Shown piece by piece: positions 18,071 to 26,887 of a stretch of DNA of 61,595 nt (position 1 is its first letter; each line of letters starts with the position of its first letter). The notes under the pieces were generated by a model, which saw nothing but the letters and a program-made list of their open reading frames with translations, did no database searches and was not told the DNA's origin. Made by a program: the position numbers and the translations under genes. Where the stretch lies: NCBI GenBank assembly GCA_002412825.1, contig DHVU01000005.1:1-61595 (forward strand), given 5' to 3'. The stretch comes from Spirochaetaceae bacterium UBA5200 (GTDB lineage: Bacteria; Spirochaetota; Spirochaetia; Treponematales; UBA12059).

Positions 18071-19045
18071 TCAGGGCAATAAGGCTATGAACTCCTTGAG
18101 CTGGTAGCTTGTCCACACGCTGCCGTCCGTTTCGTGTATCTCTATGTGGAGGTGCTCGCCATGGCCCTTCTTGCGCGCGTTTATGCCGGTATTGCCCCCG
18201 TGGCCCAGGGTTTGCCCGGCGGCCACAAGCTCTCCCGCACGGAATTTTATGTCGTGCAGGTGGAAATACGCGTAGTAGCGGCCCTCGTCGGGGTTAAAGA
18301 TTATAAGGCCGTTGCCCGCCTTGGGCGATAGCCCGCCGCTCTTGTACAAGGAGGCCTTGTCGGCGCCTTTCCAGTCGTCGGCGGAGGCTACCACGATGCC
18401 GGTGGCTATGCTTTTTACCGCGGGCCCTATCTCTTCCTGGCCCTGACGGCGCACTTTGGTGAAGAATAGGTCAAGCGCGTAGCGATGCGAAGCGGATAGG
18501 CTCGTAGTACCGGGTAACCAGCGCTCTTTGCGCGCGAGGGGGGCTACCGGGCCGGGTTTGAGGTCGGAGCCCAGTTCCAAGTCGCGCCATATAGCCGTAA
18601 GGACGGCCTCGAACGCGGGCGAGGCGCTGCGGCTCTGGCTCAAGGAAGCCAGTATTTCCGCGTAGGCCTGGCCGAACGCGCCGCCGCTTAAGGCGTCGCC
18701 CCTGAGCGTGGGCTCGTCGCGCTCCATCATAAGGCGGGCTTGGAACCAACTGCGCTCGGGCAAGATCGATGCTATGAGCCTTTCCGGCTGTTTTGTGTCG
18801 TGGCTTCCAAGGCTGGCAAGCCAGGCGCCTGCCCGCTCCGCGGCTGCCTCGGGCTTGAGCCCTGAAAGGGCTTCTATGCCTAGCGCTCCCTTTAAAAGCG
18901 TAGGGTCGCGGGGATCAAAAGAGCCTATGTTTTGATCGTTCTGGGGCGTAGCCAGGCCGTATGCGCCCGCGGCTTCAGCGCCCGTAGCCAAGCGCTCGCG
19001 GCCCAGGGCCAACGCCGCCATGGAAAAGACGGCCAGCCAGAGCAC
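18071..19045 (-). CDS. M23-family peptidase (LytM-like) with N-terminal membrane anchor
   Basis: C-terminal HxxxD...GNTG...HLHIEIHE motifs of peptidase M23. Confidence 0.8.
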   Translation of the reverse strand: MLWLAVFSMAALALGRERLATGAEAAGAYGLATPQNDQNIGSFDPRDPTLLKGALGIEALSGLKPEAAAERAGAWLASLGSHDTKQPERLIASILPERSWFQARLMMERDEPTLRGDALSGGAFGQAYAEILASLSQSRSASPAFEAVLTAIWRDLELGSDLKPGPVAPLARKERWLPGTTSLSASHRYALDLFFTKVRRQGQEEIGPAVKSIATGIVVASADDWKGADKASLYKSGGLSPKAGNGLIIFNPDEGRYYAYFHLHDIKFRAGELVAAGQTLGHGGNTGINARKKGHGEHLHIEIHETDGSVWTSYQLKEFIALLP

Positions 19046-19505
19046 CGTTCCCGCTATCGCCGACGCAAAAATACGCTTGGCTATGGCAATCTCCTTGTTA
19101 CGAAGCTTGTACGAGCATCAATCTAACGGAGCCGGGCCCTTGAGGCAAGGCCTAATGCGTAATCGGCTATGGCTTGAGCAGACTTGGCTAAAGATCAAGC
19201 TACGAAGCAAAGCGCCATACCTGCGCGCTGGTGCGCTTCGAGTTGTAACTCAAGCGCATTTTAGGTTTGCATGCTTCGTGCTAGCTATTGGTATCGTTAC
19301 TCTTCTTGCCCATGGTATCCTCCGGGATCATCGATCGCTTCATAGCCGCCCGACAGGATAGCAAGCGGCGTTGTTTTAGCGAGGGATTTAAGCTATACAT
19401 ATACACTTTTCAAATACACTAATTGTAAATGCTAAAAATAATTAAGATGGCGATTCTGTAGGTGGAAATGAACTTTGATATTATATAGCATTGTATAACG
19501 CGTGA

Positions 19506-19551
19506 TATGCCGACAAAAAAGTCGAATACGACAAAGATGTCGGCATATCCA
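19506..19551. other. 12-bp inverted repeat GATATGCCGACA / TGTCGGCATATC within an AT-rich island
   Basis: Read directly; lies just downstream of the exonuclease gene stop and upstream of the M23 peptidase gene on the minus strand. Confidence 0.5.
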
Positions 19552-19557
19552 TGCGTA

Positions 19558-20181
19558 TTATTTGAAGAGTAGGCGCACGCAGCGCGCAAAGAGCTCCATG
19601 CATACGCGGGCGTCGTCGGCGCCGCGGTGCGCCTCCTTTTGGGCTATGCCGAAGGAGGATGCAAGGGCTTTAAGCGAGTAGCTGGGCAAATGGGGCACCG
19701 CCGACTTTGCTAAAAGCTTGGTGTCGTAGGCGGCGTTGCTCGGGACGGCTAAACCGGCGCGCTCGCATTCGGCGGCCAAAAAGGCAAGGTCAAAGGGGGC
19801 GTTATGGGCCACCAGCACGCTATCGCCCAAAAACGTTAGAAATGCCGGCGCTGCTTCCTTAAAGCTCGGCGAGAAGGATACGTCCAGGTCCGATATGCCA
19901 TGTATGGCGCTGGCCTGGCTGGGTATGGGGCGGCCGGGATTGATAAGGCTGGCGTATTCTTCCCCCGCGCTGAGCTCCCACTCCCCCTCGCGCTCGCGCA
20001 TGGCGAAGCGCACTGCGCCTATCTCCACGATTCGCTCTTTCTGCGCCTCTAAGCCCGTGGTCTCGAAGTCGAAGGCCACGAAGCTCGCGCGGCCGAGCAG
20101 GCCATGGAGGGCATCCTTGTCGGCGTCGCCCATGCGCTCGTCGCGCGGCTGCCGGTAGCTACCACGGTTATAAGTATTCAA
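19558..20181 (-). CDS. DEDDh 3'-5' exonuclease (DnaQ / DNA polymerase III epsilon-like)
   Basis: FVAFDFETTGL Exo I motif and HNAPFD Exo II. Start is TTG at 20181 (overlaps the upstream stop) or ATG at 20133. Confidence 0.8.
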   Translation of the reverse strand: MNTYNRGSYRQPRDERMGDADKDALHGLLGRASFVAFDFETTGLEAQKERIVEIGAVRFAMREREGEWELSAGEEYASLINPGRPIPSQASAIHGISDLDVSFSPSFKEAAPAFLTFLGDSVLVAHNAPFDLAFLAAECERAGLAVPSNAAYDTKLLAKSAVPHLPSYSLKALASSFGIAQKEAHRGADDARVCMELFARCVRLLFK

Positions 20182-21926
20182 GAAATAACCTTCTTTATGT
20201 CCAGCTCGATAGCGCGGACTTTGCGCGCGCTCTCTAGTTTGGCTGAGCTAAGACCATCGGCGCTAACGAGGGTGCGGGCCAGTATATAGAATTTTATCTT
20301 CGGTTCGGTGCCGCTAGGCCGCACGGTTACCATAGTGCCGTCCTCAAGGTACCATTGAATGACGTCACTGGCGGGCAGGGAGATTTTCCGGGCGGCTGCG
20401 GGGTTCGCGCTATCCCAGGCAAGCCCGACCTTTATGTCGCGCACGCGAAGCACCTTGACGCCACCGAGGCTTGCGGGCTGCGCTTTGCGATATGCGCCCA
20501 TGATACCGCGCATGATGTCCATGCCCGACGCACCTTCAAAATACTTATTGATGCCGCGCTCTTCATGATAGCCATGCTCGATATAGAGCTCGTCCAGGCG
20601 CTCAAGGAGGCCTTTGCCCTTGCTGCGCCAGTAGAGGGTAAGCTCGGCGGTCATGGCGGCGGCGCTTATGCCGTCCTTGTCGCGTACCTCGGTTTCCACC
20701 AGGTAGCCGTAGCTCTCCTCGGTGGCGTATACGAAGTCCAGGCCTTCCTTCTCGAAGCGGCCCATCTCGGCGGCTATCCATTTGAAGCCGGTCAGGCACT
20801 CGTGGGATTCAGCTCCGTAGGACGCCGCTATGCGGCTCTGCAGTTCGGTGGTAACGATACTGCGTATGGCCGCGGGGCGCTTGGGCATGCGGCCGAATTC
20901 CTTAAGGGACAGGAGTATGTAATCAAGCTGCAAGGCGCCAAGCTGATTGCCGCTGATGAGCGCGTAGTCGCCCTTGCCGTCGGGCACGGCTATGCCCAGC
21001 CGGTCGGCGTCGGGGTCGGTGGCCATGACCACGTCGGCTTTGAGCTTCTTGCCAAGTTCAAGAGCCATCTTGAGGGCCGCCGCCTCCTCGGGGTTGGGAA
21101 AGGCCACCGTGGGAAAGTCGCCGTCGGGCTCGCGCTGCTCGGGCACCGTGGCCACCGATAGCCCTAAGTCTCCCATGACGCGCTCGAAATGAAGGGCGCC
21201 GGTGCCATGGAGGGGGGTGTAGACTATCTTGACGTCTTTGGCTAGTTCCTTAAACAGGGCGGGGCGAAAGAGTTTGGTCTTGATCATAGCCACGTAGGGC
21301 TCGTCAATTTCTTTATCGATTATCTGAAGGAGCCCTTTGGCAAGGGCTTCTTCTTTGGGCAGGTACTTAATGGAACTTACGGCGTTCACCCGCTCAATAA
21401 TCCCCTCGTCGTGCGGCGCTATAACCTGGGCGCCGTCGTTCCAATAGGCCTTATAGCCGTTGTAGCTAGGCGGGTTATGGCTGGCCGTCACGACGACGCC
21501 CGTGTCGGCCTTGAGCAAGCGTATGGCATAGGATAATTCTGGGGTAGGCCGCAAGGCGCTGAAGAGATAGGCTTTTATGCCGTTAGCCGCGAAGATAAGC
21601 GCCGCGTCCAGGGCAAAGGTATCAGAATAGTGCCGAGAGTCATAGGCTACGCAGGCTGAGAGCGACTTGCCCTTGGTGTTGGCTATGAGGTAGTCGCACA
21701 TGCCCTGGGTGGCGCGGCGCACCACATAGGAATTCATGCGGTTGTAGCCGCCGCCTATGACGCCGCGGAGCCCGCCGGTGCCGAATTCTAGATCGCGGTA
21801 GAAGCGGTCCTCAAGCTCTTTAAGGTCGTTGGTGGCTATAAGCTTCTCTACTTCGGCCTTGAAGGCGGCGTCGCTCTCTTTGGCTAGGTAGTCGCGGGCA
21901 CGGGCAAGAATATCATTGGTATCCAT
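20178..21926 (-). CDS. Phosphoglucomutase / phosphomannomutase (alpha-D-phosphohexomutase)
   Basis: Active-site TASHNPPSYNGYK. Start at MDTNDIL with GGAGG RBS; the longer ORF extension is rejected. Confidence 0.85.
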   Translation of the reverse strand: MDTNDILARARDYLAKESDAAFKAEVEKLIATNDLKELEDRFYRDLEFGTGGLRGVIGGGYNRMNSYVVRRATQGMCDYLIANTKGKSLSACVAYDSRHYSDTFALDAALIFAANGIKAYLFSALRPTPELSYAIRLLKADTGVVVTASHNPPSYNGYKAYWNDGAQVIAPHDEGIIERVNAVSSIKYLPKEEALAKGLLQIIDKEIDEPYVAMIKTKLFRPALFKELAKDVKIVYTPLHGTGALHFERVMGDLGLSVATVPEQREPDGDFPTVAFPNPEEAAALKMALELGKKLKADVVMATDPDADRLGIAVPDGKGDYALISGNQLGALQLDYILLSLKEFGRMPKRPAAIRSIVTTELQSRIAASYGAESHECLTGFKWIAAEMGRFEKEGLDFVYATEESYGYLVETEVRDKDGISAAAMTAELTLYWRSKGKGLLERLDELYIEHGYHEERGINKYFEGASGMDIMRGIMGAYRKAQPASLGGVKVLRVRDIKVGLAWDSANPAAARKISLPASDVIQWYLEDGTMVTVRPSGTEPKIKFYILARTLVSADGLSSAKLESARKVRAIELDIKKVIS

Positions 21927-22079
21927 TCTGAATCCTCCATAGCAACTTCTGCGGGGGCTGCCGAATAACGGCTCCTGCATTGAGTATAACCGTTTTTCAG
22001 CGTCGAGCAAAAGAGCGGCGCGCGTTTTTTTGATCCTGCGTTAAGGGGCGGCCGCGCCTCCTCGTGCAAGGACCAGTGG

Positions 22080-22733
22080 CTAAGGTTCCAGTCCGTACAG
22101 GGGCAGCAGCTCGGCCATACAGCTAAGCATGCGCAGGGCTCCGGCCTCCCAGAGCTCTTCTTGCCCCCGAAAGCCCCAGGACGCCCCTACGGGAAGCATG
22201 CCGGCTGCCTTAGCCGTAAGCATATCGATATCCGAATCGCCTACGAAGGCGCATTCGCCTGGCGACGCTCCCAAAGCGGCGACTCCCTCGAGGGCCCCGG
22301 CCGGATCCGGCTTGAGCGCTTTACCCGCTAAGCCTCCGCGCACAAAGCCGAAGCGTATATCGGGGAACAACGTGGCTACCACCTTCTGTACGATGTCGTC
22401 GGGCTTGTTGGAAAGTACGCCAAGGGCGGCGCCGCGAGAGCTCAGCTCAGCCAGGGTAGCGCGCGCACCGGGGTAGGGCGTAGTCTGGCCCGCGCCGAGG
22501 TCTTTATAGAGGGCGAAGCAATAATCGTGGAATTCGCCGAAATTGACGCCTGTCCCTGCCGGGATCACCGCTTCCACGAGCTTGGTGAAGCCCCTGCCCA
22601 CCATGTGGCGATAGGCCTGCACGGGATGCTCGGGCCAGCCGCGCTCTTTGAGTATGCCGTTCATGAACAGGGCTATGTCCTCAAGGGTATCGACGAGGGT
22701 GCCGTCCAAATCGAATATAAAAGCTTTGATCAT
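22080..22733 (-). CDS. HAD-superfamily phosphatase (phosphoglycolate phosphatase-like)
   Basis: FIFDLDGTLVDT motif I, SNKP motif II and a C-terminal GDSxxD. Confidence 0.75.
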   Translation of the reverse strand: MIKAFIFDLDGTLVDTLEDIALFMNGILKERGWPEHPVQAYRHMVGRGFTKLVEAVIPAGTGVNFGEFHDYCFALYKDLGAGQTTPYPGARATLAELSSRGAALGVLSNKPDDIVQKVVATLFPDIRFGFVRGGLAGKALKPDPAGALEGVAALGASPGECAFVGDSDIDMLTAKAAGMLPVGASWGFRGQEELWEAGALRMLSCMAELLPLYGLEP

Positions 22734-22788
22734 GGGCGTATTGTAGCAAAGCGCGGCTATCGTGATAATGCCCATAGGGAGATTCTGG

Positions 22789-23571
22789 ATGGGCAGTAAG
22801 GAATTCGACGAGTATTTTAGCGCGCTCTATGGTGAGCGCTGGCCGGTCTTGCGAGGCGCCTTGGCTCAGCCAGGGGCGTCCGTCGAGTACGGCGAGGGCC
22901 TTGCCGCGCCGTACCGCCTCGACGCCGCGTCGGTGGCCGCGGCGCGCGCGCTGCGCTTGCCTGATTCGGGACTCGTGCTGGACGCCTGCGCGGCCCCCGG
23001 GGGCAAGACCCTCGTCCTGGCCGGCCGCCTGCCCAAAGGCGTAGCTATCCTGGCCAACGAGCTGTCCAGCGAGCGGCGCAGGCGGCTGTCGGACGTGCTC
23101 GATACGCACCTGCCGCCCGACCTTCGTAGCCGCGTAACGGTGTCGGGTTTCGACGCCGCCGCCGCCGGCGGCAGGCAAAGCGAGCATGGGCGTTTCGCCG
23201 CCATACTGCTGGACGCGCCCTGTTCAAGCGAGCGCCATGTGCTGGCAAGCGACAAGGCGCTGCGCGAGTGGCGTCCCGCGCGGGTAAAGTTCCTGGCGCA
23301 GCGCCAGTGGTCGCTCTTGTCCAGCTGTTTCCTGCTGCTCGCCGAGGGCGGCTCCCTCGTGTACGCTACCTGCGCGCTCTCGCCCGCCGAGAACGACGGG
23401 CCTATGGCTCGGCTCTTTAAAAAATATGGAGATGTAGAATTGGATACGATAGAAGATGAATTTGAGCTGGGCGCTGGCAAGGCGGAGCGGAGCGCGTTCG
23501 GACTCTTTTATGCGCCTGACAGGGCCAGGGGGGCCGGCCCCCTCTATATAGCGCGCGTGCGAAAAAGGTAG
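22789..23571 (+). CDS. NOL1/NOP2/Sun-family rRNA (cytosine-C5) methyltransferase (RsmB/RsmF-like, short form)
   Basis: SAM motif LDACAAPGGKT and catalytic Cys region LVYATCAL. Start at MGSKEF after GGGAGA. Confidence 0.7.
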   Translation: MGSKEFDEYFSALYGERWPVLRGALAQPGASVEYGEGLAAPYRLDAASVAAARALRLPDSGLVLDACAAPGGKTLVLAGRLPKGVAILANELSSERRRRLSDVLDTHLPPDLRSRVTVSGFDAAAAGGRQSEHGRFAAILLDAPCSSERHVLASDKALREWRPARVKFLAQRQWSLLSSCFLLLAEGGSLVYATCALSPAENDGPMARLFKKYGDVELDTIEDEFELGAGKAERSAFGLFYAPDRARGAGPLYIARVRKR

Positions 23572-23669
23572 TTCCTCGAAGCTTGTGTCCCTAGGGTAAT
23601 GCTCTCTTGAAGGTCATATACCGCCGATATACGGGCTTCGAGTAACGAACAACAGGCTTCGAGGAACGA
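23569..23669. repeat. MITE/REP-like element copy 2 (left TIR perfect, right TIR degenerate ACAGGCTTCGAGGAACGA)
   Basis: Left TIR TAGTTCCTCGAAGCTTGTGT begins with the TAG stop codon of the methyltransferase gene; shares the CCTAGGGTA extension with copy 3. Confidence 0.7.
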
Positions 23670-23705
23670 GCTTGGTTCTCGGCTTACGCGTCCTGGTCTG
23701 TGTTA

Positions 23706-24047
23706 TTAGTCGTCTTTAAGGTCCTCGGTTTTGCCGCCCTTTTCGCGAAAAGCGGCTTCTTTTACGACTATGGCGCTTTCTAGCTCTTGTATGCGCGATA
23801 GGGTTTCTCGTATGGCCGGAGAGTCTTTGGATACGGTCAGCTGCCCTTTTTCAATGAGCACTTCGTATACTTCCGCCCCCAGTTTAGCGGTAAGCTTCTG
23901 AGCCTGGCTGCGGAGCTGCAGTACCTCCATCTTAAGCACGCCGAGTTCGCCCCATTGCTGGGCCTTGTCGCCTACCTTGGATAATATATCCTTGGATGCG
24001 CTCATGCCCTGCTCCACGAATTGCTTGATGTTATCAGAAAATGCCAT
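23706..24047 (-). CDS. Small coiled-coil protein, hypothetical
   Basis: About 113 aa, heptad-rich sequence (MAFSDNIKQFVEQG...); start chosen at an internal ATG. Confidence 0.4.
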   Translation of the reverse strand: MAFSDNIKQFVEQGMSASKDILSKVGDKAQQWGELGVLKMEVLQLRSQAQKLTAKLGAEVYEVLIEKGQLTVSKDSPAIRETLSRIQELESAIVVKEAAFREKGGKTEDLKDD

Positions 24048-24187
24048 GTGTTCTACCTCCCTGATCGCCGTAAAATGCTGAGTATAATTTCTAGCTCTTT
24101 TCGATAAAAGGCAAACGATTCTTATGCCCCGATAGCGACGATTAGCTGAAGGTTCAACGTAAAAGGTCGAGTTTTTTTGTTTATATA

Positions 24188-24216
24188 TTGACAGCAAGCC
24201 AAATCGGTACTATATC
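24188..24216 (+). promoter_or_regulatory. Promoter of the nrdR-nrdD operon (TTGACA, 17 nt, TATATC)
   Basis: Perfect -35 and 4/6 -10 in an AT-rich island, followed by palindromes at 24224-24275. Confidence 0.45.
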
Positions 24217-24328
24217 CTGTATGGCGATACGATATGAGCTACAAGAGCTTGTATAGCTATCGTAGCAAGAATTGTACCAAGCTTGAGCTTTGCCCGCGTT
24301 TTTTTTCATTTCCTGGAGGATTTAATAC

Positions 24329-24799
24329 ATGAGATGCCCCCACTGCCTGTCTATGGACGATAGGGTAATCGATTCGCGTACCCTGGCAAATGGAGAGAGC
24401 ATACGCCGCAGACGGGAATGCCTGTCCTGCGGTTTTCGATTCACCAGCTACGAGCGTATAGAAGAAAAGCCTCTCATGGTCGTAAAACGCGACAATAGGC
24501 GCGAGCCTTACGACCGGGCAAAGCTCGAGCGCGGCATACAGCGCGCCCTAGAGAAGCGCCCCGTTTCCCAGATGACCATAGAGAATATCCTTAACGAGAT
24601 AGAGGATGAGGCCGCGATGGTAGGCAAGGGCGTGAATGAGGTCCCTTCGTCCGCTCTTGGGGAGATGACCCTGCATATGCTCTACGACTTGGACAAGGTC
24701 GCCTACATACGCTTTGCCAGCGTGTACCGTAAATTCGAGTCCATGGACGAATTTATCCATGAAATAGAGAGCCTTGAGACGGCGCGGGAGGGAGACTAG
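24329..24799 (+). CDS. nrdR: Transcriptional repressor NrdR
   Basis: N-terminal zinc ribbon MRCPHC...CLSC and ATP-cone; RBS GGAGG. Confidence 0.95.
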   Translation: MRCPHCLSMDDRVIDSRTLANGESIRRRRECLSCGFRFTSYERIEEKPLMVVKRDNRREPYDRAKLERGIQRALEKRPVSQMTIENILNEIEDEAAMVGKGVNEVPSSALGEMTLHMLYDLDKVAYIRFASVYRKFESMDEFIHEIESLETAREGD

Positions 24800-24802
24800 G
24801 CT

Positions 24803-26887
24803 ATGGCTGGCAATCAGGAGGTCTTTCCCGAGTGGCGCAATTTTCTTGGCCCTGATGAGGGCTCCGGCCGCTATGTGGCCAAGCGCTCGGGTTCCATCGA
24901 GCCCTACGACAGGGAGCGCATAAGCAAGGCCCTTGATAAAGCCTTCATGGCGGTAAAAGGCGTGTCCGATCGCGAGCGGGTGGAACGCATCAGCTCAGAA
25001 GTTGAAAGCAGGCTCTCGCTGCTCATGGCAGGCCGGCACCAGAATTCCATACCCGCCATCGAGGAAATCCAGGATATCGTGGAGCTCACGCTTATCGAGG
25101 CCAAAGAAGCCGAGGTGGCGCGCGCTTATATACTGTACCGCGCCAGGCGCGAGGCCGTGCGCGACGCCCAGCGCCTCATGCTCGATATAAACAGCACTAT
25201 GGATGGCTATCTGGCCCAGGTGGACTGGCGCGTTAAGGAGAACGCCAACGTCAACTACAGCCTCGGCGGCCTCATTTTGCATAATTCGGGTTCGGTTACC
25301 GCCAATTACTGGCTCAAGAACATCTATGGGCAGGACATAGCCGAAGCCCACCGCAACGCCGATTTCCATATACACGACCTGTCCATGTTCTCCGGCTACT
25401 GCGCGGGCTGGTCGCTGCGCCAGCTCATAGCAGAAGGCTTAGGCGGCGTTCCTGACAAGATAACGAGCGCGCCGTCCAAGCACCTGTCCACCCTGGTGCA
25501 GCAGATGGTCAATTTCTTAGGGATACTGCAGAATGAGTGGGCAGGCGCCCAGGCCTTCTCAAGCTTTGACACCTACCTTGCTCCCTTTGTCAAAATCGAT
25601 GCCATGAGCGAGGAGGACGTGCGCCAATGCATACAGTCCTTCCTTTTCGGCGTGAACACGCCCAGCCGCTGGGGCAGCCAGGCGCCTTTTACCAATATAA
25701 CGCTGGACTGGAGCTGCCCCCCGGACCTTAGAGACAGGCCCGCCGTGGTAGGCGCCGTTGAACAGGCCTTCAGCTATGGCGATTGCCAGCCCGAGATGGA
25801 CATGATCAACCGCGTGTTTATCGAGCTAATGCTCGGCGGCGACGCGGACGGCAGGGGCTTTCAGTACCCCATACCTACCTACAACCTTACTAAGGATTTC
25901 GATTGGGAAAGCCCCAACGCTCAGCTGCTCTTCGAGATGACGGCAAAATACGGCACGCCTTATTTTCAGAACTTCATCAACTCAGACTTGGACCCCGGCG
26001 ACGTGCGCTCCATGTGCTGCAGGCTTCAGCTCGATAAGCGCGAGCTGCGCAAGCGGGGCGGGGGCCTCTTCGGCTCGGACGAGCTTACCGGCTCCATAGG
26101 CGTCGTCACGCTCAACCTGCCGCGCTTAGGGTATCTGTCGCAGGGCAAGAGCGAGTTTTACCGGAGGCTTGACCGCCTCTGCGACCTTGCCGCCAGGAGC
26201 CTGTCTATAAAGCGCAAGGTGTGTTCCCGCCTGCTTGAAGGCGGGCTCTTTCCTTATACCAAGCGCTACCTTAAAAATTTCGACAGCCATTTCAATACCA
26301 TAGGGCTCGTGGGCATGAACGAGTGCTCGCTCAATTTTATGGGCAAGAGCATAGCCGAGCCTGAAGGCAAGGCTTTCGCCGAGGAAATGCTCGACCATCT
26401 GCGTAGACGCATGGCCGACTACCAGGAGGATACGGGCGAGCTCTTCAATCTTGAGGCTACGCCGGCGGAAAGCACCTCCTACCGCTTGGCTAAGCACGAC
26501 AAGACGCAGTATCCGGAGATTATTACCGCGGGTACGGACGAACCCTACTATACGAATTCCACCCAGCTGCCCGCCGACTATACGGAAGATCTCTTCGACG
26601 CGCTTGACCACCAGGAGTCGCTGCAGAGCCGCTACACGGGCGGCACGGTTTTCCATATGTTCCTAGGCGAGGCCGTGGACGACTGGCGGGCGCTGCGGGA
26701 CTTGGTGCGCGCGGTGTCCAGCCGTTACCGCATACCCTATTACACCGTATCGCCTACCTTCTCGGTATGCCCCGTGCACGGCTATATATCGGGGGAGCAC
26801 TTTAACTGCCCCAAATGCAAGGCGGAGAAGGAAGCGCGCATACGCGAGGAAATAGCCATTTTAGAAAAAGAACTGGCCGGCTCATGA
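24803..26887 (+). CDS. nrdD: Anaerobic ribonucleoside-triphosphate reductase (class III) large subunit, lacking the C-terminal glycyl-radical motif
   Basis: ATP-cone, class III catalytic region and C-terminal Zn ribbon CPVHGYISGEHFNCPKCK. The ORF ends about 20 aa after the ribbon without an RxxGY motif. Confidence 0.9.
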   Translation: MAGNQEVFPEWRNFLGPDEGSGRYVAKRSGSIEPYDRERISKALDKAFMAVKGVSDRERVERISSEVESRLSLLMAGRHQNSIPAIEEIQDIVELTLIEAKEAEVARAYILYRARREAVRDAQRLMLDINSTMDGYLAQVDWRVKENANVNYSLGGLILHNSGSVTANYWLKNIYGQDIAEAHRNADFHIHDLSMFSGYCAGWSLRQLIAEGLGGVPDKITSAPSKHLSTLVQQMVNFLGILQNEWAGAQAFSSFDTYLAPFVKIDAMSEEDVRQCIQSFLFGVNTPSRWGSQAPFTNITLDWSCPPDLRDRPAVVGAVEQAFSYGDCQPEMDMINRVFIELMLGGDADGRGFQYPIPTYNLTKDFDWESPNAQLLFEMTAKYGTPYFQNFINSDLDPGDVRSMCCRLQLDKRELRKRGGGLFGSDELTGSIGVVTLNLPRLGYLSQGKSEFYRRLDRLCDLAARSLSIKRKVCSRLLEGGLFPYTKRYLKNFDSHFNTIGLVGMNECSLNFMGKSIAEPEGKAFAEEMLDHLRRRMADYQEDTGELFNLEATPAESTSYRLAKHDKTQYPEIITAGTDEPYYTNSTQLPADYTEDLFDALDHQESLQSRYTGGTVFHMFLGEAVDDWRALRDLVRAVSSRYRIPYYTVSPTFSVCPVHGYISGEHFNCPKCKAEKEARIREEIAILEKELAGS

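Noticed and set aside
19020-19361. 113-aa plus-strand ORF in the long leader upstream of the M23 peptidase gene
   Set aside because: Its start overlaps the opposite-strand peptidase N-terminus, it has no RBS, and its only feature is one hydrophobic stretch. It is retained only as a remote small-protein possibility.
21927-22079. Terminator or attenuator between the HAD phosphatase and phosphoglucomutase genes
   Set aside because: GC-rich palindromic fragments (GCGGCCGC, GCGCGC) and A/T tracts are present, but no coherent stem plus U-tract could be drawn by eye.
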